Shown in pieces: positions 47,350-49,870 of a DNA stretch of 49,870 nt. The position numbers were made by a program, and so were the translations under genes. The first letter of the stretch is position 1. Every line of letters begins with the position of its first letter. Location of the stretch: the NCBI GenBank assembly GCA_029974275.1, contig JARKSN010000059.1, forward strand, positions 1 through 49,870, given 5' to 3'. This DNA is from Candidatus Hydrogenedentota bacterium. Lineage in GTDB: Bacteria > Hydrogenedentota > Hydrogenedentia > Hydrogenedentales > SLHB01. Below the pieces are notes generated by a model. It searched no databases and was not told the DNA's origin. It worked only from the letters and a program-made list of their open reading frames with translations.

Positions 47350-48717
47350 TTAGTTTCCTTGAATAGATTGGGGATCGGAGTACACTCTGACCGCAAACGG
47401 GACGAAGGAAACGGTGTAGTCCAAGCCCGGGGTTCGGGTGGCGCGTTGCGGTATATTGACAAATCCGTCAGGGCTTCTGTTGTAGTGGGCAGCAAGCCGG
47501 CTCTTGTCGCTGGCTACGTCGAAAGCCTCACCCAGCGTCACAATGCCGTTTCCATCCACGTCCGAGGCGCTGAAAAGAAACTTCGGCCTTAGGGCTTGCG
47601 TAAATAGGTCCAAAAAGCCTCCCGCACTCCCCTCTGTTTTCGGAGTGGACGCGTAAAGTATGTCGGCGTGTTTCAGCACATCGAGCGCTCCCCCGGAACC
47701 ACAGCCCTCGAGAAGAACCACCTTCAAAGCTTGTTCCGGGAGTTGAGCTACGTATACATCCAGCTCTTCAAATGACAAGCCTATGTCCATACCATTGGCA
47801 CTCATGTGTGATGCAAAAAGCAGCAAAATGGAATCGTTGCGGCCCACAGTCCGCGTGAGCCGCTCTAGTTCCCTGCTTACAGTATGTCGATCGGCTAGCC
47901 CCTTCATGGCGCCACCCTCTCTCAGCGTGCGCCGCAGTGGCTCCATATCTCGTCGCGCTTGGGAAGATTCATTGGGATCGTCATATTGCCCGAGAAGCGT
48001 CATCCACTCGATCGGCACTTTGTGCTTTAGAAATGCGTCGCACATTTCGAGGACAGCGCCATTTGCCACCTGTGCGGCCATGAAAAGATGCCACCTGCCC
48101 GGTTCAAGCGATTGTGCAGGTCCGGCCTGAAGAGATTCGCGGTAAGAGCCGAGATACTCGGCCTTGTTATTGTCAATAGTCAGTTCTTTTCCGTCCCACG
48201 TTCCATCAAAGATCTGACCCTGCCCCGTCACGTGCAGTCGGCTCCCTTCGAGGACATATGCTCCCGGAAAAACTTGTGACTTATATGTGACATGCACTCG
48301 CGAGGATGCGCCAAAAGCGCACTCGTATTCGCCCATCTTCCACTTTGTCCCCTCCAACTTTCGTCTGTGAAAAGTCGTCGATGCCACACCGACAAGAAGC
48401 GCGCCTATAAGCAACAGCGACAACGCCCAGCGACCCCACAGCGGGGACCCGACGGCAGTGCGCCAGCCAGAAAGCCCAGTTTGCAGTGTAATTCCCCGTG
48501 GGTTCTTGAAAGCGGATGAAAATTTGTCGCTGCCTCGTTCTGATTCCGCAATTGTTCCCAAGCGATCCAGGCAGACCGCTCGTGCACGAAGGAGTTCCGG
48601 ATGGTTGGGATAGCTTTGAAGAATCAGATCAAACAATGCCAATGCTTGAGTGAACGATCCTTCCCGCATATACGCGCATGCCGCTTGGAAGGTTTCCTGA
48701 GCAGAAACACTGTCCAT
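47350..48717 (-). CDS. TPR-TM-caspase-like (clan CD) peptidase domain protein
   Basis: N-terminal TPR, one TM, LLFASH (His) and VVLLEGCGSGG (Cys), DVDGNGIVTLGEAF motif. Confidence 0.65.
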   Translation of the reverse strand: MDSVSAQETFQAACAYMREGSFTQALALFDLILQSYPNHPELLRARAVCLDRLGTIAESERGSDKFSSAFKNPRGITLQTGLSGWRTAVGSPLWGRWALSLLLIGALLVGVASTTFHRRKLEGTKWKMGEYECAFGASSRVHVTYKSQVFPGAYVLEGSRLHVTGQGQIFDGTWDGKELTIDNNKAEYLGSYRESLQAGPAQSLEPGRWHLFMAAQVANGAVLEMCDAFLKHKVPIEWMTLLGQYDDPNESSQARRDMEPLRRTLREGGAMKGLADRHTVSRELERLTRTVGRNDSILLLFASHMSANGMDIGLSFEELDVYVAQLPEQALKVVLLEGCGSGGALDVLKHADILYASTPKTEGSAGGFLDLFTQALRPKFLFSASDVDGNGIVTLGEAFDVASDKSRLAAHYNRSPDGFVNIPQRATRTPGLDYTVSFVPFAVRVYSDPQSIQGN

Positions 48718-48875
48718 GGCTTTCTTTCCCCCAAGATGCAATACGATCCCGAAAAGGCGCCCAGCCCAATCAGTACAAAAGTACACTCACTTCGGGCCCC
48801 GAAGCAAGGACAGACAGGCCTCTTGTCCGTTCTGCGGGAACGGGAGAATCGCCGAATAGTCGCCTATCGCATTGG

Positions 48876-49667
48876 TTATGACAAATATTTGCTGATCAGT
48901 TGCGTGGAGGGCGCGCCTTGGACAAGCGCGGCGCTGCGCGGAAGACGGGCGAGTTGCGCGCGAAGCTGTTCCATCGCCTGCTGCGCTCCCGTCTCGCTGT
49001 CAAGACGTTCTTGGGCGGCAAGGCCGCTTCCCGTCTCGCGGCGTTGTTCGAGGGCGCGGGCGAATCGGTCTGTCTGGGCCTGCAATAATGCCTGACCTCG
49101 GTCGACGCGCACTTGGGCGATGTCCGCCGCCGATACCGCTGCGGAGGCCCCCTCGGCGGTCGTCAGATCGATCCGGTTCAACCCGAGCGCTTCCGCCGTC
49201 GACTCGGGAAGAGTCACCCGGGCGTTTTCCTCGCCGCCTCGTGCAGCGACCTCTCCCCCACGGCCCGCCAACACGGTTTGACCGTTGAAGGTCGTATCCC
49301 GGGCAATTTGATCAATCCGCGCAACTATCGCTTGCGCCTCTTCATTCAACCCGTCGCGCGGCTCGGCGGCGAAGGCGTCAGCGGCTTGCGCGGCCACCGC
49401 GCGCAATTGGGCGATTTCCTCGCCTTGCGCCGCCATCCCCTTTTCAGCGACTTGGGCAATGCCCGCGCTGACCTGGAGGGCATTGGCTTGTTGCGTGTAC
49501 TGAAGGACTTCGACGCGAAGTTGATCGACGCGCGCCGAGATTCCGGGCGCGCCCGATGGCGCACTGGCGCGGGAAAATTCGCCGGCGAGGCGAGACGTTT
49601 GACGCGTTACAGCCTGCTGCGTCGCCCCCTGGATTGCGGGGTTATTGGATTCAATGCGCATGCCCAT
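48876..49667 (-). CDS. Degenerate minimal flagellin-like protein
   Basis: MRIESN N-terminus, IAQVAE, IDQIARDTTFNGQTVL, LGL..IDL.T...A..A, C-terminal helix. Confidence 0.75.
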   Translation of the reverse strand: MGMRIESNNPAIQGATQQAVTRQTSRLAGEFSRASAPSGAPGISARVDQLRVEVLQYTQQANALQVSAGIAQVAEKGMAAQGEEIAQLRAVAAQAADAFAAEPRDGLNEEAQAIVARIDQIARDTTFNGQTVLAGRGGEVAARGGEENARVTLPESTAEALGLNRIDLTTAEGASAAVSAADIAQVRVDRGQALLQAQTDRFARALEQRRETGSGLAAQERLDSETGAQQAMEQLRAQLARLPRSAALVQGAPSTQLISKYLS

Positions 49668-49707
49668 GGCGTACGGTGTCCCGCCCCATCTGTTCTACAC
49701 TGCTTTT

Positions 49708-49736
49708 ATTGTACCTTATCTTCCGCCCGACGCCAA
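49708..49736 (-). promoter_or_regulatory. Putative sigma70 promoter of the flagellin-like gene
   Basis: Minus strand TTGGCG-17 bp-TACAAT, 40 bp upstream of the ATG. Confidence 0.55.
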
Positions 49737-49744
49737 GGATCACG

Positions 49745-49781
49745 AAAAAATCGCAGGGCCTTTTCTCAAAAGCCCTGCGAT
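49745..49781 (-). terminator. Rho-independent terminator
   Basis: Minus strand TCGCAGGGC...GCCCTGCGA stem followed by T6, just after a stop codon at 49805. Confidence 0.85.
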
Positions 49782-49804
49782 GGAAACCGAGACGGATGGA
49801 GCGG

Positions 49805-49870
49805 TTACGGAGCCGATACGACTTTCACCGCCCGCGTCACCGTCGTGGCGGCGTTGTTCGAGGCGTCCTT
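49805..49870 (-). CDS. 3' end of a gene truncated by the window edge; DUF5011/Ig-like domain C-terminus
   Basis: Reads KDASNNAATTVTRAVKVVSAP*, resembling the D..GN.A..VTR.V.V end of DUF5011 repeats; followed by a terminator. Confidence 0.55.
   Translation of the reverse strand, partial: KDASNNAATTVTRAVKVVSAP

Noticed and set aside
1..49870. CRISPR arrays, IS elements, prophage genes, rRNA
   Set aside because: No regularly spaced repeats, transposase/integrase motifs or rRNA signatures were seen

Overview
High-GC bacterial chromosomal window, mostly core genome. Gene content suggests a diderm organism, possibly Ca. Hydrogenedentota (inference only). In order, it carries: two sugar ABC permeases and a secreted GH172 (DUF2961) hydrolase with three CBM-like repeats; a 2Fe-2S ferredoxin; an SDR; an LpqC-like esterase; a REC-degenerate GGDEF protein; a first ABC ATPase/permease/TPR cassette (PilH/PilI- or Xap-like); a PPDK_N-family protein; a PAS-PAS kinase and OmpR-type regulator; folK-panBCD; ppk2; a tandem SPFH pair with a TPR gene; lon-engB-EEP nuclease-rlmD; an orphan hicB; recA-AsmA-hyp-SPOR-panE-like-DUF374; tRNA-Gly(CCC); an AT-rich gap with a dif-like site; yggS-pheS-pheT-zapB-like-zapA; a second paralogous ABC/TPR cassette; a metallophosphoesterase; yjbQ; a membrane-anchored caspase-like protein; a degenerate orphan flagellin; and the 3' end of an Ig-like-domain gene. 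No CRISPR array, transposase, integrase or rRNA was seen. Best leads are the duplicated pilin-less Xap-like cassettes, several enzyme-family members with altered active sites, the SPFH pair, the caspase-like protein, the sigma70-driven minimal flagellin, the dif-like site and a highly structured ~190-nt intergenic element. All calls are by eye from motifs; no database searches were run.
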